Positions 1-10,022 of a stretch of 39,999 nucleotides of DNA are shown piece by piece. Positions within the stretch are counted from its first letter, which is position 1; each line of letters opens with the position of its first letter. Under the pieces are notes generated by a model. It did no database searches and was not told the origin of the DNA. It was given only the letters and a program-made list of their open reading frames with translations. The position numbers were made by a program, and so were the translations under genes. Source of the DNA: a virus (Duplodnaviria > Caudoviricetes); IMG/VR virus record IMGVR_UViG_3300035182_000456, positions 1 through 39,999 of that record; one strand, given 5' to 3'.

Positions 1-568
1 AAGTTTCCGTTCCCGATCTAATGCCGCCGTGGGTGTGGGTGTTAACGTTTTTGCCGCCCACTATCAGTGTATTGGGGATAGTTACCGTAGGCGCTACTAT
101 CTCAATACCACTGGCGCTAAACCGGATATACTGAGTTGGGGCGCTTGAGAGTATAGCCCCCAAGTATACCGCATCACTCATATCGTGCTTGCGCAAGCTA
201 CCGGGCTGCGCCGAATCTTTGGATGCCTTGACCGCCGATATGTCCCGATCACAAAACAGGGCAATGCCAATATCACCCACCACCGGGTCAATGATGATCG
301 CATTGCCACCGCCTTGCAGCCGCAGGTATGGCACGTCGTAAATAGTGCCATGCGGGATAAGCTGCCCGTCACCGTCAAGCTGACCCACTAACGGCATGAT
401 GTCCACGCGCCCAATTGCCGCCGCGTCGCCTGCGTTTGTTACCTTGGTTACTTTGACGGGCATGGATGTTCGCACATCGCCCAACAGTGACCGAATGATG
501 AATTGCGCCTCATTCTGTGGGCTGGTCAAGTCCGAGGGTGTGAGGTTGGTGTTAAGCTCTTGGGGCAT
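1..568 (-). CDS. Baseplate spike/puncturing protein (Gp138-like N-terminus), truncated by the window edge
   Basis: Not in the ORF track. I read it from ATG at 568: MPQELNTNLTPSDLTSPQNEAQFIIRSLLGDVRTSMPVKVTKV...VDIMPLVGQLDG. It follows the baseplate hub gene. Confidence 0.75.
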   Translation of the reverse strand, partial: MPQELNTNLTPSDLTSPQNEAQFIIRSLLGDVRTSMPVKVTKVTNAGDAAAIGRVDIMPLVGQLDGDGQLIPHGTIYDVPYLRLQGGGNAIIIDPVVGDIGIALFCDRDISAVKASKDSAQPGSLRKHDMSDAVYLGAILSSAPTQYIRFSASGIEIVAPTVTIPNTLIVGGKNVNTHTHGGIRSGTET

Positions 569-1412
569 AAAGTGACCTGTTAAGTTTTAGCGATGACTGC
601 CACATTCCACCGGGCAGTTGCGCCGCCAACTCATGACGCGCAGCCAAACAAAACCATTTTCCAGTAGCATTGCCGACGATGGAGCGCAAATCTACCAAAG
701 CGCCGTAAGCTAGGTTAACGTCAAACTCTGCTTTTACTTCAATGCCTGCCGGGGTAAATGCCGGGTATCCGATCATGCCAGTATCCGCGCTCAGGATGAT
801 GGGCGTATCGTTACGCGCCGCGCCGTTAGACCAGATACTCACTGTTTTGTTGCTCACGCTGTACGCCACGCCTGCTGCCTGCGCTAGCCGTTGTATTTGC
901 TGCATAGCACTACCGGGTGCGTATTGATTGGATAGCCTAGCCGTCACACCATTGTTCACAAACGTATAGCCCATGCCCTCAGTGATAGCCTTGATAGCGT
1001 CCGCCACAGGCACAGAGCCGGAATAGGACGCTGGGGCGATGGGTTGCGCTCGGTTGCGGTAGCCGGATTGGGCAAAAATGTTAAAGCTCGAATCAGGGGA
1101 CGCTGAAAAATCTGTGTAGGCTTTTATGATTGTCCCCTCGAAAACCTGCCAGATTGCGCCTCCGACATTGCCAGCCAACACGGTTACGGAGTCGCCACGG
1201 ATACTAAGGGCTTGCAGGGTATTGGTAGCGAAGTTATTCATATCTGCCAATTTCATGCCGAAAATGCGTAGGTTCAGCGTGTCCATTGCGTGCAATCCGC
1301 CCGGATTATCGACGATGGCTTCAACCCGATGACCTGACAGCGAGAGTATGGAATTCTTCCCGCCAGATGCTAGTGCCAACACAACGCGGATTTCCCGCTC
1401 GATTAGAGCCAT
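552..1412 (-). CDS. Baseplate hub protein
   Basis: 286 aa with VFEGTI and TGMIGYPAFT motifs; position in the myovirus tail module. Confidence 0.75.
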   Translation of the reverse strand: MALIEREIRVVLALASGGKNSILSLSGHRVEAIVDNPGGLHAMDTLNLRIFGMKLADMNNFATNTLQALSIRGDSVTVLAGNVGGAIWQVFEGTIIKAYTDFSASPDSSFNIFAQSGYRNRAQPIAPASYSGSVPVADAIKAITEGMGYTFVNNGVTARLSNQYAPGSAMQQIQRLAQAAGVAYSVSNKTVSIWSNGAARNDTPIILSADTGMIGYPAFTPAGIEVKAEFDVNLAYGALVDLRSIVGNATGKWFCLAARHELAAQLPGGMWQSSLKLNRSLYAPRA

Positions 1413-1723
1413 TGCGACACCTCACCGGGCAACAGATAGACCAGCAGCCAACGACTACCCATCCCCGTGTGTTGCGGGTCGCTTGCCCCTTGCGTATCGG
1501 CAAACATCAAATCACCCGACAGACCGCCGTAACGGATTATGCGCACACGGTCACGGCAAAGGATGCCAGTTGCCGCCGCCACGCCGTCCACGGTCAAATC
1601 AAGGAAAACACCCGTGCTTTTTTGATAAACGGATATTTCACACGACTGCTGGTCTAGCGAGACATAAAGGTCTTGTGAAGCGATGGGCAACAGGGGGATA
1701 TTTTTCACGGGTAATACTGCCAA
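1403..1723 (-). CDS. Small baseplate protein
   Basis: 106 aa with GDLMFADTQG..DP..TGMGSRWLLVY; synteny. Confidence 0.7.
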   Translation of the reverse strand: MAVLPVKNIPLLPIASQDLYVSLDQQSCEISVYQKSTGVFLDLTVDGVAAATGILCRDRVRIIRYGGLSGDLMFADTQGASDPQHTGMGSRWLLVYLLPGEVSQWL

Positions 1724-1766
1724 TTGAAGTAAAAAACAACTGCCAGCACAATAATGATAACGGTAA

Positions 1767-2372
1767 TCATTTAATATTTACCTCTGTAGCCTGCACCGTG
1801 CCGATGCCTTGCTTGTCCTGTGCTGCTGGTGTTTTGGTGGAGTAGTAGCCAATCACGGCGGATTCACGCACCTCTTGGAAACTTGCCTCAACTGTCAACA
1901 TACTCACCCCGTTTTTTGCCGTTCGCCGATAGCTGTAGTTAATGAGATTCATTCTAGGGTAAGTCGCGTCAGGTGTCACGACCGAATACAGCAACAGACT
2001 ATTTTTCATGGCTTCGAGCGCAATCAGAAAACCCGCCCGTGTCATTTGCCCCATACCACCGCAGGTCATAACGATATGCAGGTCGGACGGAATAGCGACT
2101 TTGTTGTAAGCCGCAAAACTGCCGTTTTCGACGGGGTGTGTAGCTATCTTGGCTTCGCCTTTGTATTCCAACCCCATCACAGAATCAGGGGTTAAAGCAG
2201 GCTGTCCGCCAGCCGTGAGAATCTGCCACTTCGACGGGCTGAATAAATCCATCAGCCCGAACAAGTCGCCGCCCAATGCCCGATAAATCCCCGTCACGGC
2301 ATTGGTTACTGAGCGCGGAACGTTCGGCACGCCCGGCACTTTTGGCACGTTGGGAAATGGTATCAGTGACAT
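1767..2372 (-). CDS. Dit-like tail/baseplate initiator protein
   Basis: HPVENGSFAAYNKV and VVTPDATY motifs; directly after tape measure. Confidence 0.7.
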   Translation of the reverse strand: MSLIPFPNVPKVPGVPNVPRSVTNAVTGIYRALGGDLFGLMDLFSPSKWQILTAGGQPALTPDSVMGLEYKGEAKIATHPVENGSFAAYNKVAIPSDLHIVMTCGGMGQMTRAGFLIALEAMKNSLLLYSVVTPDATYPRMNLINYSYRRTAKNGVSMLTVEASFQEVRESAVIGYYSTKTPAAQDKQGIGTVQATEVNIK

Positions 2373-4030
2373 TATTGTGCCCCCGCTGCGTGTGAGTAGA
2401 CGGCTGCTTGCCGCTGTAGCGCCGTCTTCATGTCCTTGAACATCACGTCTGCGGTTGTCGCTTGCGTGTTGATCGTCATGTTTTGGATGTTGGTGGATAC
2501 GCTGGATGTGTTGCCAGTTGCCCCAGCCACAGCCGCTGCGCCCATATATCGTTCAGGCAATCCTTCAAATTTAGCAATAGCTTTGGACATTTCAAAGGCG
2601 ACCTTCTGGTCTTTCAGGCTCACCTTCTGCCTAACCCCAACGCCGATTTTACCCGCCACGGTAGCAGCATATTTTCCAGTATCGTTTTCGCTTGGCGGTG
2701 CCCATTTGGCGATAGCGTCATACACGTTATCCGTGCCCTTGTCCGCGTATCTGCTCAACAGCCCACGCAACGCCGCGAACCCGGCTTCCATGCTCGGAAA
2801 AATAGCAAACCGCCCATCAGTGCCCGTTGCCCCCATGCTTTTTGCATACTTTCCATACTCGATATTGCCGGGGTTATTGTTGCGAGCGTTGCGCGGTTCT
2901 CTCTTTTGCCCTTGTGTATCGCCCCAAGTTGATTTGCTACCTAGCGGCGCTGCCGATTCTGCCGGAGTCGGAACAAATGGCGGGGGCGCGATAGGCTTTT
3001 CATCCTTAGCATAACCGAAGTATTGCTTGATTCCCAACCAAGCGTTACTAGCTCGTTCCCCAACGGTCAGCGGGTCATCAAAAAGCCCTTGACCACGAGT
3101 GTCGATAGGAGATTCAGCGCCTGTTGCTTCGCTGACTGCCGTTAATTTATCAGCCAACTTTCCAAGCCATTCCGCACCATCTTTAATAACTGGCACTAAT
3201 TTTCCAATCCACGAATCCGCCAGCCGCTCCGATGAGTCCATGATCTTCTCAATCTCAGGTGCGACACGGATAAACGCGCCCGTCATCAGACCGTCAATCG
3301 ACTGCTTAAACACCGACCACTTTTCCTGCATCCGTTCCGTGACTTTCGCGCCATCCTCGGACACGCCGGACAAGTTGCGCATTTTATCGACAAGCGCCTG
3401 CACTTTTTCGGGTGATTGGCGTAACAAGTTAAACGTCCCTGCATCCAGCCCTAAGGCGTTGGCGAGATACATCTTGTCTTGTTCGGTCAGGTTTCGGTTT
3501 TGCAAGCCCTTATTGATTTGCCCCATGATGTCGGATACATCACGCATGTTGCCCTTGGCATCCAGCATACTGACATTGAGCGCATTCATTGCGCCCATAA
3601 ATGCCGGGGGCGCGTTGCCTGTCGCTTTGATCTCTTCAAGCGTGCCTGCGATAGCCTGCGCGGATGCTTGGAAATCGGATTTCTTCCCACCAACCGATTC
3701 GACCGCAGCACCCCATGCGTCCAGCTCTCGCCCTGACGTGCCGAGGTTAAGCGCCATCCTGCCGAGCGCCGCTTGCGCTGATACCGTGTCAGCCACAAAA
3801 CCCTTGATCGAGTTCGCCCCGACCAGCACGGCAACCATGCTGACGATTTCGTTTTTGACCTTGTTGAAGCCGTCCGCCATTGCCTTAGATCGCGCTGCTT
3901 GCGCTTTGGCGTGCTTGTCGCTGGCTTTGTCGAGATTATCGAGCGACTGCCCTGCATCAGCCTGACCCCGACGCAATCCCGACGTGTCGTAACCAAGGGT
4001 TATCAGCAGGCTGTCAATGACTGTTGGCAT
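2372..4030 (-). CDS. Tape measure protein with C-terminal lysozyme-like domain
   Basis: Starts MPTVIDSLLITLG; helical and Ala-rich; C-terminal RNNNPGNI...GRFAIF...KWAPPSENDT motif; follows the chaperones. Confidence 0.85.
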   Translation of the reverse strand: MPTVIDSLLITLGYDTSGLRRGQADAGQSLDNLDKASDKHAKAQAARSKAMADGFNKVKNEIVSMVAVLVGANSIKGFVADTVSAQAALGRMALNLGTSGRELDAWGAAVESVGGKKSDFQASAQAIAGTLEEIKATGNAPPAFMGAMNALNVSMLDAKGNMRDVSDIMGQINKGLQNRNLTEQDKMYLANALGLDAGTFNLLRQSPEKVQALVDKMRNLSGVSEDGAKVTERMQEKWSVFKQSIDGLMTGAFIRVAPEIEKIMDSSERLADSWIGKLVPVIKDGAEWLGKLADKLTAVSEATGAESPIDTRGQGLFDDPLTVGERASNAWLGIKQYFGYAKDEKPIAPPPFVPTPAESAAPLGSKSTWGDTQGQKREPRNARNNNPGNIEYGKYAKSMGATGTDGRFAIFPSMEAGFAALRGLLSRYADKGTDNVYDAIAKWAPPSENDTGKYAATVAGKIGVGVRQKVSLKDQKVAFEMSKAIAKFEGLPERYMGAAAVAGATGNTSSVSTNIQNMTINTQATTADVMFKDMKTALQRQAAVYSHAAGAQ

Positions 4031-4250
4031 ATTCGCTCATCCTGTTTTGATTGTGTGCGTCCACAGCGTTTATCTCCAGCATGTCCCACAAATCCACCAG
4101 ACCATAAACCGTTTGGAGTTCGTGCAATGTCGCAAGTCTGCTCGAAACGATTGTCCCAATGGTGCGGGGAAGATTGGTGTATTCGACCAATCCCCGCACC
4201 TGATGCGGCACATGAACCCCGAAATCTATTGACTGTCGGCTGTCAAAAAA
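4014..4250 (-). CDS. Frameshift extension of the tail assembly chaperone (gpGT-like)
   Basis: The -1 frame from slippery T-TTT-TTG (4250-4244) is open into ORF 4014..4211 (ATLHELQTVYGLVDLWDMLEI). Confidence 0.75.
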   Translation of the reverse strand, partial: FFDSRQSIDFGVHVPHQVRGLVEYTNLPRTIGTIVSSRLATLHELQTVYGLVDLWDMLEINAVDAHNQNRMSEYANSH

Positions 4251-4621
4251 AGGGTGTGCAGCTCAAAAACATGACGGCGTAGCTTGATAAGCGTCGGCAC
4301 TTCTTCAATGTCGTCCTCAAACAATGCGCGGGTCAGTGTTGGATTTTTCGCATCTGGTACTACTTGCACGCATCCTAGCATGTCATTGAGCAGTGGCTCG
4401 GCATCCTCGAACTGCATGTGCAGCACCGCGGCAAGGATATTCCCCGCAATGGATGCCATGCCGCCCGATGTTTCGGGGATTTCCACGCCAGCTTTACCCA
4501 TTGCAAACACGGCACGGATTGCCCAGCGTTCAGCGGCATAGGCTGACATTTCCGTGATTAAAAACGCCTTGCCTTTGTCACGCCCGTCAGTAGCGGTAAA
4601 TGTCTCGGTACGTCTAGCCAT
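4226..4621 (-). CDS. Tail assembly chaperone
   Basis: GRDKGKAFLITEMSA...DIEEVPTLIKLR; lies between tube and tape measure. Confidence 0.8.
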   Translation of the reverse strand: MARRTETFTATDGRDKGKAFLITEMSAYAAERWAIRAVFAMGKAGVEIPETSGGMASIAGNILAAVLHMQFEDAEPLLNDMLGCVQVVPDAKNPTLTRALFEDDIEEVPTLIKLRRHVFELHTLFLTADSQ

Positions 4622-5052
4622 TATGCCGCCTCACCTGTTACGCGCTCCCATGTAATCACGTACACCTGCGGTTGCAGCGTCTTTTTAACGGACGGCATGG
4701 CGGGGGCTGTGGTCAGGTAGCCATTGGTGAGGGTGTACTTTTTGCCGACGGCTGGAAGTAGGGCGGTTGCATTTGCCGCGTACTTTTCCTTCACCGCTTT
4801 TTCCGCACTTGCCCATGTATCAAAAAACGGAATGGATGGGCTATCAGGCATGAGGGTAATCGTTTGTTTGACCGGGCTAAACACAAAACCCGCTGACAGA
4901 TGCCCATCAACACCCATGACGACCTCCGCCATTTCGAGTGCCTCAGCCGTAAAAGCGTCATCAGCGGCATAGCCCTTGATGTTCTGTGGCGACTGGAACA
5001 ATCCGGTAATCGAGATGGCTAACGTGCTGTTAGCACTGGTAATTGTTGCCAT
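4621..5052 (-). CDS. Tail tube protein
   Basis: 143 aa, MATITSANS...MGVDGHLSAG; immediately after sheath. Confidence 0.8.
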   Translation of the reverse strand: MATITSANSTLAISITGLFQSPQNIKGYAADDAFTAEALEMAEVVMGVDGHLSAGFVFSPVKQTITLMPDSPSIPFFDTWASAEKAVKEKYAANATALLPAVGKKYTLTNGYLTTAPAMPSVKKTLQPQVYVITWERVTGEAA

Positions 5053-6530
5053 TATTGCACCTCAATGCTTGCAAGGGTTACGGACTGGATAGAACCGCCA
5101 TCCATATAGTACAGCGTCATCACGGGGCTTGATCGCGCTGCCCGGATAGCTGCGGTTGCGGGTTGAATTTGCAGATACCAGCCCTTTTCTGCCATTACCG
5201 CCGACACATCCACGCCTAACACTGACTGCATTTGCGCCTTTTGGCTTTGCGACAACACCACGCCCCGACGGATTGCGCCGAAGTTAACCGCCGCTTCTAT
5301 GGGGTCTTGGCAGGCTGCATAAATCAGCGCGTAGCCATCCGCGTTGTAAGGGATGGATGTCACACCCACCATCAGATTGATGATCGAGTATTGCAGGTTA
5401 GCATTTAACCAGATCTGATTGAGATACGAGTCCAGCCACTTCCAGATGCCTGCCACGCTGCCCGGATAGAAAAACACGAACTGGTCGTTTGCCGTGGCGT
5501 AATTGCCATAGTAGTTGTACCCGTTGCCCTTGAGTGCATCAGCCGCCGCTTGCGTCACAACGGTTTGCGTGACGTTGCTACCCTGCTTAAACGCTGCTGT
5601 TGCCCGACCATTCAAGCGGTTGAAATCAAGGGATGCGGCAAAGCCCAATACAAACGCCGTGGCGGTTGCATCCCCGAATACAGGGATAGAGCCTGACACA
5701 TTGCCCGATTGCAGGTAATAGCCCCATGTAACGGTACTGCCCAATGTCAGCGCGTTAACATCCGAGTCCATGCCGACATAACCAAAGCGAGGCGCAACAC
5801 TTGCCGTCCAGTCGCTAAACGCCTGTTTTTCGGCAAGGAGTGATTCCCACGTCGTCGTGAACAATGCCCATTTTTGTGTTGTGGCGATAATGCCCGGCAT
5901 AAACGTTGCTGGTGTTGCAATTGTTGCACCTGCTGACGTTACCGCCCCCGTTGCCGCTGTCAGCATCAAGCCTGCCGATAGCGTGCCTGTGGCAAACGAT
6001 ACGGTAGATGTTGCGCCAGTGGTTGAGCTGGTAAATTTGAAGGCGTTGCGTTGCTGGTCGTAAGTGACCGTACCACCCAGCGAAGTGAATGCAGCTTGAA
6101 TGATCGTCGCTGCATTACTAAAGCTGGTAGCTGCTGTCAAAGTGATTGCGCTTGACGTTTTAACCACGCCGTCGACACTGACAGTAAGCACGCCCGATAA
6201 CGCCTTGAGCTGCGTTAACGTCATCGTGCCAAGGTTTGCGCCGCGCATGTATCCAGCCTCAGCAGCCGGGTTAAACTGCGCGAAATACAGCAAGCCCGGT
6301 GTTTTTGTGCCATTGACGAACCCGGCAAAGTAGGTTTGAGCCATGCCGTATTCGGTGCTGGTCAGACCGAAAAACTCACCAACGTCAGCAGCCGACACGA
6401 AGGATTTGACCTCGCCCATCGGCACTGCGTTGTCTTGCGTCAGGATTAGTCCGTTAAGATCAACCGCGCTACCCGCCGCCGACAGTACGCCGGGGTTGAT
6501 GCGGACAATAGAAGAAATAGGGATACTCAT
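5052..6530 (-). CDS. Tail sheath protein (DUF3383-like)
   Basis: 492 aa, MSIPISSIVRINPGV...NGYNYYG...YMDGGSIQ. Confidence 0.88.
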   Translation of the reverse strand: MSIPISSIVRINPGVLSAAGSAVDLNGLILTQDNAVPMGEVKSFVSAADVGEFFGLTSTEYGMAQTYFAGFVNGTKTPGLLYFAQFNPAAEAGYMRGANLGTMTLTQLKALSGVLTVSVDGVVKTSSAITLTAATSFSNAATIIQAAFTSLGGTVTYDQQRNAFKFTSSTTGATSTVSFATGTLSAGLMLTAATGAVTSAGATIATPATFMPGIIATTQKWALFTTTWESLLAEKQAFSDWTASVAPRFGYVGMDSDVNALTLGSTVTWGYYLQSGNVSGSIPVFGDATATAFVLGFAASLDFNRLNGRATAAFKQGSNVTQTVVTQAAADALKGNGYNYYGNYATANDQFVFFYPGSVAGIWKWLDSYLNQIWLNANLQYSIINLMVGVTSIPYNADGYALIYAACQDPIEAAVNFGAIRRGVVLSQSQKAQMQSVLGVDVSAVMAEKGWYLQIQPATAAIRAARSSPVMTLYYMDGGSIQSVTLASIEVQ

Positions 6531-7009
6531 TTAAGGTTCTCCAAATTGATAGTGAGCGCATCAGCGTACTGTTGCGGGTGTGTGTATGTTGGGTTGTACT
6601 GCATCACGGCTTGTAATTTCCAGCGCTGCTCATAGGTTTCCTCACCGTTGATAAGCGGGATTTGCACCGGGTCATCAGCATAGAGCGGCTGGCACGGGTC
6701 GCCGAAATTATCAGCCGCGTAACATGTTCTGAACATCGTCATAATACGGGCTGCGGTGTCGCCAGAATCAGCCCCATAACAATCGAGTTGCACGGTGATT
6801 TTACTGGGTGCGGTTTCCGTTGCCTCATCCGTGCCGGGGTAATCGGTGTGGTTGGTGGATAGCCGCTCGACACTGATTAGGTTCATCGAGATAAACGGGT
6901 CAATCGGCATCGGCACGCCGTTATCTTGAGCAGCGATGACCTGCGTACCAGCCGGAACGATCAGCAGCAGGAAGGCGCGTAACGCCGTTAGAACATCGTT
7001 TTGTGTCAT
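6527..7009 (-). CDS. Tail terminator/neck protein
   Basis: Start MTQND overlaps the upstream stop; VQLDCYG, PLYADDP and QYNP motifs. Confidence 0.7.
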   Translation of the reverse strand: MTQNDVLTALRAFLLLIVPAGTQVIAAQDNGVPMPIDPFISMNLISVERLSTNHTDYPGTDEATETAPSKITVQLDCYGADSGDTAARIMTMFRTCYAADNFGDPCQPLYADDPVQIPLINGEETYEQRWKLQAVMQYNPTYTHPQQYADALTINLENLK

Positions 7010-7368
7010 TGCATCACCACTATTACTTTGCACCAGCTAGACCATGTTTCCAGCACCTGCACCACGCGCCAGTCATGCCCATCAAAAGTCAGGATGTCGC
7101 CGCCTTTTTGGTCAGAGCGGACAATCCCCTGAACATCACCGTACAGGTACACCGCATGCTTGACTCCTTGAATATTGAGTCCATCAATGTGTTGCAGGTC
7201 ATTTGCTGACAGGGCTTGCACCTGCGCCGCTACCGTTGATGTGGTTACATTGGCAGTCCGATGTCCCGCCGCATCCGTAAAAAACGTGCCATTGGGGCGC
7301 GTCCACGTCACAAGGATATTGCCGTTAATGGGCTGTATTGCGCCGTTTGCTATGCCGCGCAAATCCAT
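7006..7368 (-). CDS. Head-tail joining (head closure) protein
   Basis: 120 aa, MDLRGIAN...KGGDIL...WCKVIV; synteny. Confidence 0.65.
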   Translation of the reverse strand: MDLRGIANGAIQPINGNILVTWTRPNGTFFTDAAGHRTANVTTSTVAAQVQALSANDLQHIDGLNIQGVKHAVYLYGDVQGIVRSDQKGGDILTFDGHDWRVVQVLETWSSWCKVIVVMQ

Positions 7369-7805
7369 TAATCATCCTCCACAACATAGGTTACAGAGTT
7401 AATCATGTGTGACGTGTCGATCAACGGCTTTGCAAAACCCTTCTCGGCAATCGTTCGGGAGGCAAGTGGCGGGTCGGTCAGGTCATTGATTGACTGTTTC
7501 AGCGCACCTGCGATGTCCTCACCCATCAGGGACAGGGCTGTATGCCCACCCATAGGAGCAAGACGAGCCAGTTTATCGCCCCACGTCGGCGACTCTTTGG
7601 CAATCATGTTGCGGAAAAACGGACGTGGCGGCTGATGCTTGGTGGGAATGCCGTACTCATTGGATGCAGCCACAGCAGCAACGGGTGTACCATCTGGATA
7701 CGTCGCACCGGACATAAACCCGACGGACACACGCCCACCGCCCATCTGTTCAGCGATTTCCGCCAAGCGTCTCATGACCCTATCACCACCGCTTAACGCA
7801 CCCAT
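7368..7805 (-). CDS. Tail completion/neck protein
   Basis: Likely start MGALSGG at 7805; NEYG..PPRPFFR and KGFAKPLIDT motifs. Confidence 0.7.
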   Translation of the reverse strand: MGALSGGDRVMRRLAEIAEQMGGGRVSVGFMSGATYPDGTPVAAVAASNEYGIPTKHQPPRPFFRNMIAKESPTWGDKLARLAPMGGHTALSLMGEDIAGALKQSINDLTDPPLASRTIAEKGFAKPLIDTSHMINSVTYVVEDD

Positions 7806-8182
7806 CGGAAACCCCGCAATGCCGTAGTCGCCTGCCAAAATTGTGCTCCCCACTGGGTCTGCTTGAACCATTCGCCGCTGCCGGGCGTGGCGGTAGGTGC
7901 TGTCATGCCAATTGACACACTGCCCTCTGTGGCTGATGTCATGATGCCGACAGGACGGGGCAACCCATCCGCCGACAATGCACCTCCCAAGAAAGCGAGG
8001 TGAGCCGTTACCATCCACAACAACCGCTCACGCCGATCAACATCCGACACAGGGCTGCCGTCACTGTTTGACAGGTAAAACCCCGCGTCCTTAAAACACG
8101 CTGTCAACATTGCATCCGCCACGCCAGCAAATGCCGGGTAACGGATTTTGAATGCAGCCGGGTCAAACGCGACGATAGCCAT
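7793..8182 (-). CDS. Head-tail adaptor (DUF4054-like)
   Basis: FKIRYPAF, SATEGSVS and WFKQTQWGAQFW motifs. Confidence 0.8.
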   Translation of the reverse strand: MAIVAFDPAAFKIRYPAFAGVADAMLTACFKDAGFYLSNSDGSPVSDVDRRERLLWMVTAHLAFLGGALSADGLPRPVGIMTSATEGSVSIGMTAPTATPGSGEWFKQTQWGAQFWQATTALRGFRWVR

Positions 8183-8484
8183 TAGTCAGCCGTTGCGGGG
8201 GTGACGCTAGACGCTGCCGGGTCAATTGGCTCTAGCCCTGTTTTCGGCTGATCATCCGACTTGGCTTTTGCGTCCGCTGCTTTGGCGGCAAAAATAGCGC
8301 CAGACTTGAGCGGCGCGAAGTCTTTATTAGCCTTCAGCCACTCCGACCAAAAGCTATCATCAACTTCGGTTGTGCCGTAATCAGCGCCAATGATTGACGC
8401 TTTGTTAACGCCATTCAGGGTTACGGACTTTTCGCCAAGCTCCAACCGGATGCCGTTTGGCAGTTTGCAATGGATAGCAGCCAC
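8182..8484 (-). CDS. Virion-associated hypothetical protein
   Basis: GTG start just after the capsid stop; CKLPNG and KTGLEPIDP motifs. Confidence 0.65.
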   Translation of the reverse strand: MAAIHCKLPNGIRLELGEKSVTLNGVNKASIIGADYGTTEVDDSFWSEWLKANKDFAPLKSGAIFAAKAADAKAKSDDQPKTGLEPIDPAASSVTPATAD

Positions 8485-8485
8485 T

Positions 8486-9526
8486 TTACACCCCCAGCAT
8501 TTGAGCAATAAACATAGGACGGTAGATGATCGTTCCCCAAACGCCCTGAGATTTTTTCTGGCGGAAGCTGGAAGAGCCAATCACAACAGGATGCGCGCGC
8601 ATCTTTTCGGTAAACGCACATTCAGCAGTGCGTTGACCTTCGTACTCGTCCACGATCAACTGTAACAACTCACCACTGCCCGTGCTGTAGTCGGGTGCGG
8701 TTTTGACGGTCATGCCGGGGAAATTCTTCTTGAGAATATCCGCCACAGACACGTTATAGGTGGTCGTATTAGTCAGGTACACTTCGGATGATGGCGACAT
8801 AGCCAAGGTCATCTTGGTATCAAGCTCGATCAAGCCGCCGCTTTGGGTTTGCAACTGCTTAAACAGCTTTTGGATGTCTGCGAGGATTTCCAGTGCCGTG
8901 GCAACCGTCCAGCTTGTGCCAGTGGCGGCTTTGGTGGTTGGCACAATTGCCGCGTTCAGTTGCGGGTCATTCAGCAAGCCGTAGTTCTGCAAACCAGCCA
9001 CGCCGTTGAAGTACGCCTTGTTCTGAAACTTGTTCAGAGTCAGTGCGCTGGCGATGTTCAGTCGGTTGGCGAAGTCGATCTTAGCCAGACCTGCGCGCTC
9101 AAGCTCACGCTCACCCCATTGGGTCACAGTCTGGTAGTGGAAAGACTGACGCTGTGGGAAGTTGGCATTAACGCCCGTGCTTCCGGTTTCGTTGTAGTCG
9201 CCGTAAGCCGCGGTTTGCCCGGTCGATTCGATCATGCTGAACATGACGGTTTCGGTTGTCCAATCGCCCTTTTTAACTTCCTGCCCAACGATCTCGACCG
9301 CTTTCATGGGGCTGACCAGAACTTCGATCAGCTTGGGGTCAACGAAGGTAGACAGGAACGCCGGAATGCCGCTGTTGCTTGACGTAATCATGGTCGGCTG
9401 CGCATCACACGCAAACCCGCCGTCATGTGCCATGCGCAAGCGGACATTATCCGGCTGCAATTGAGCGCGAACGCCCATGAAGTGAATGCCTACCGCTTCG
9501 GCGATGGCTTGTAATGTTGGATTCAT
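8486..9526 (-). CDS. Major capsid protein (DUF2184-like)
   Basis: 346 aa with KKGDWT, RQSFHYQT, QNYGLLNDP and IIYRP; AAGGAG SD. Confidence 0.9.
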   Translation of the reverse strand: MNPTLQAIAEAVGIHFMGVRAQLQPDNVRLRMAHDGGFACDAQPTMITSSNSGIPAFLSTFVDPKLIEVLVSPMKAVEIVGQEVKKGDWTTETVMFSMIESTGQTAAYGDYNETGSTGVNANFPQRQSFHYQTVTQWGERELERAGLAKIDFANRLNIASALTLNKFQNKAYFNGVAGLQNYGLLNDPQLNAAIVPTTKAATGTSWTVATALEILADIQKLFKQLQTQSGGLIELDTKMTLAMSPSSEVYLTNTTTYNVSVADILKKNFPGMTVKTAPDYSTGSGELLQLIVDEYEGQRTAECAFTEKMRAHPVVIGSSSFRQKKSQGVWGTIIYRPMFIAQMLGV

Positions 9527-9536
9527 GAGTTACTCC

Positions 9537-10010
9537 TTACAGGCTCATTACAGCAAGTTCACCCGTCAGGCACGCTTGCGATACGACAAAGGCGGTTTCG
9601 ACGAAACCGGAAATAGTAGCGCCAGCCGCGCCTGTTTGGGTCGTACCGTCCGCCAACTTGACGAATACCTTTTGCCCGACCACAGCCGCGTTAGTGTTGG
9701 CAGTAAACCAGTAATCGCCGTCGCGCATCAGTGTGACGGGCTGACCTTGCAGCACGGCATTGCCCGACTCTGCTAGATACGTGGTGATGCTGGCTTGCTG
9801 CTCACGGTGAATGAACCCAGTTGGTGCGCCAGTGCCTGTGTTTGCAACGGTTGTGCCTGTTGCCCACGCAAATCGACCGACCGTCACGCCGCCCGTTGCA
9901 GCAACAAAACCACCCTCGGGGCTTACGACGCTTGCACGCGGGTTGCTACTGGCAAAATCACCCGCATTCGCCGGGGCTGGGTACGTATTCGTGCTCTTTT
10001 GAAATGGCAT
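9537..10010 (-). CDS. Head decoration/cement protein
   Basis: MPFQK...GDFASSNP...VGRFAW...GDYW; lies between protease and capsid. Confidence 0.75.
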   Translation of the reverse strand: MPFQKSTNTYPAPANAGDFASSNPRASVVSPEGGFVAATGGVTVGRFAWATGTTVANTGTGAPTGFIHREQQASITTYLAESGNAVLQGQPVTLMRDGDYWFTANTNAAVVGQKVFVKLADGTTQTGAAGATISGFVETAFVVSQACLTGELAVMSL

Positions 10011-10022
10011 AACCTGCCCTCC

